64,000 nt of DNA from Felis catus. Lineage: Eukaryota. A program made the position numbers and the translations under genes. Shown one piece after another: positions 61,954-64,000 of this stretch. The notes below the pieces were generated by a model that was not told where the DNA came from, did not search any database, and saw only the letters and a list, made by a program, of their open reading frames with translations. The stretch covers positions 51,150,001 to 51,214,000 of the forward strand of contig NC_058370.1 in NCBI RefSeq assembly GCF_018350175.1, given 5' to 3'. Position 1 is the first letter of the stretch; each line of letters begins with the position of its first letter.

Positions 61954-62152
61954 CAGTGGTTCTCAACTAGGGAATATTCTGTTCCACAGGAGACATGGGA
62001 GAAATTTCTGGTTGTCACAACTGGGGTACATCATGCTACTGGGATCTAGTGGGTAGAAACCAGGGGTGCTGCTCAACACCCACAATGCACATGAAAGTCC
62101 CCACAATAAAGAATTGTCTGGCGCAAAGAATGTGAAGGCTGCAAAGCCTTTG
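61954..62152 (+). mobile_element. MER20 (hAT-Charlie)
   Basis: cagtggttctcaac...ggttgtcacaactgggg...gctactgggatctagtgggtagaaaccagggg...aaagaattgtctggc. Confidence 0.85.
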
Positions 62153-64000
62153 TTGATATGGCAGGTGGCAGGCTCTCCCTGAGGGTCTATCCCTGTCCCT
62201 TGCTGACAGCCATTGTGGGAGAATGAATGCAGACGCTGGCTGTGGTCTGGCTGTACCCTGGTTGCCACTCAGCATCACACTCCTCTCCGTGCTTTGGCTC
62301 TGAGATCCAGGCAGCTGCAGGAACTGAGCTTGGACCAGCTCTTGGGAGGAAGCAGGGCCAGCTGCCATGTTGTGTGGGTTTGCTTTGGGGAGCTAGGAGG
62401 TGGAGGGATGATGAGGAGTGTGTTTGGTAGACAGGATGATCCACAAGCACTTGGAGATTCACAGATAACACTGAAAGGTACTATTTCAGCTTCTGTGATC
62501 TGGGGAGGGGGTTGCTGCCCTTCTTGGTGCTCAAGTGGGCAGGGTGAAACTGGCTCCTGGAAGGCTGCTAAATTCTCCAGCCAAGAGGGCACACTTATGC
62601 TCCCATATTAAAGCATTAGGGATGGCAGACCTCCAGAACCATCAGTATTGCCCCCAGTATGCTGTGATGCAAAGAAGTATCTGTGGCATTTTGGACAGTG
62701 GACAGGGCCTGGCCCTGATGCTGCCCAAGGAAGGCCAATAAGAAGCTTCCTTGCCTCCTGGCTTCCATGTGTGGCCCCCTTCCAGCAGGTGGCCCATGGT
62801 TCTGAAGACAATATACACACACACACAGGTGTGGCTGTGAGCCTTGGTGCTATTCTGACTGTAACTCCACCCCCAGGCTGATGTGGGCCTCACACATTAC
62901 TGCCACGTGTTCCCAGAGGGTTGTGCCCTATTCTTGGTCATGCCCATGTTTCCCTTCAACAGGGTGCCACGTCCATAGTGGAAAGGGCCCCCTTCCTCTC
63001 CCAGACCTCTGCTGGGACATCAGTAGGCAAACATCTGTGGTCAGAGCATGTTTGTAGCCAAAGAGCACACAGAAGACCAAGGGCTTTCTTTTTTCAACTG
63101 ATCTGACCCATAACTATCAAAGTCATAACTCAATCTCTTCTTAATCTGAAAGAACAGATACAGAGAGCTGGACCCATACCCACTTCCCCAGGGAGAGGTC
63201 ACAGGCCTGCACCTGTGTGCATACACGCATGTGTTCTTGTGCAACTGTGCATCCAACCTCCCTGGCACCTGTACCTTCTGAACACCTGCCAGTTCTGAAA
63301 AATGCCACCCCAAGCACCTCGTTCTATGTCTCAAGTGTCTTAAGTGCAAGCCATGACCCCAAAACCAAGGTGATGAGGCCAAACAGGCATGGAACATTTC
63401 TCCCAGTGCCACAGCCCACTCCATGACCATGGTCTCCTGCACCTTTGAAGGAAAGAGAGTATCTACATGGACTTTCTGACCCTAAGTGGGGGCTGCATTC
63501 ATGTGTGGGGATGTGTCACTCTAGGAGTAAGGACAACTCTGCTGATGAGAGGGAGCAGCACAAGAGAGCAGGTAGGAGACACAGCAGGAGAGAGACTGCA
63601 GGAGGACAAGGCTGCACGGATATCCAGTGGGAGCCTCTTAGACAGGCTCATTCCAGCTCACCCTGGGGCAGGGTCAGCAGTGAGAGGGGGCCATGGTTGG
63701 GGGGAGCAGGCAAGGTAGGGGGTACATGGACAGGCCTGGAAGCTGCAGCAGGATGTGGGCATTCCCCTCCCTCCCCCACCATGAGCCCTATTCATGCTTT
63801 TAGGCTCCATTTAGAAAACATCTCTCCTCTGAAAGTCTGATGAGCACTTTCAGAAGAGTTTATTGCTCTGCCCTGTCACATGTCTCTTGTTTAAGGCCCT
63901 CTTTGGCCTCTATACTCACTGCTTTTAACTCCCCCTACAAAGAACCACAAGGGCACAAAGCTCATCATATTCACCCTGTGTCCAGTGCCGAATGCTGGCG

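Noticed and set aside
1-64000. CRISPR arrays, operons or other prokaryote/phage-type systems
   Set aside because: The sequence is mammalian; no regularly spaced repeat-spacer array or dense gene cluster is present.

Overview
Mammalian genomic DNA. The young SINEC_Fc-type CanSINEs and felid-type L1 point to a cat-family (Felidae) genome. The only protein-coding gene I can support is the 3' end of SH3RF3 (POSH2) on the minus strand: penultimate exon 44526-44860, terminal coding exon 35216-35384 (fourth SH3 domain) and a ~3 kb 3'UTR with several AATAAA signals. Everything right of 44860 is SH3RF3 intron; everything left of ~32200 appears intergenic. The intergenic part holds a three-level LINE-1 nest: an ancient L1MC-like element, into which a 5'-inverted (twin-primed) L1 inserted with a TSD, into which a young full-length L1 inserted without a TSD (intact ORF1, ORF2 with two frameshifts). 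It also holds a full-length RPL7A processed pseudogene. The rest is CanSINEs, L1 3' fragments, MaLR/ERVL LTRs (including an LTR-int-LTR MaLR provirus), hAT-Charlie MERs, MIR/L2 relics and microsatellites. I found no clear-cut novel multi-gene system. The best hypotheses are: (i) an ORF0-like antisense ORF in the felid L1 5'UTR; (ii) SINE-driven routes to an SH3RF3 isoform lacking SH3 #4 (intronic polyadenylation after an in-frame stop at the donor; inverted SINEs flanking the exon); (iii) the unusual L1 insertion junctions. Repeat subfamily names come from recalled consensus sequences, not a database search.
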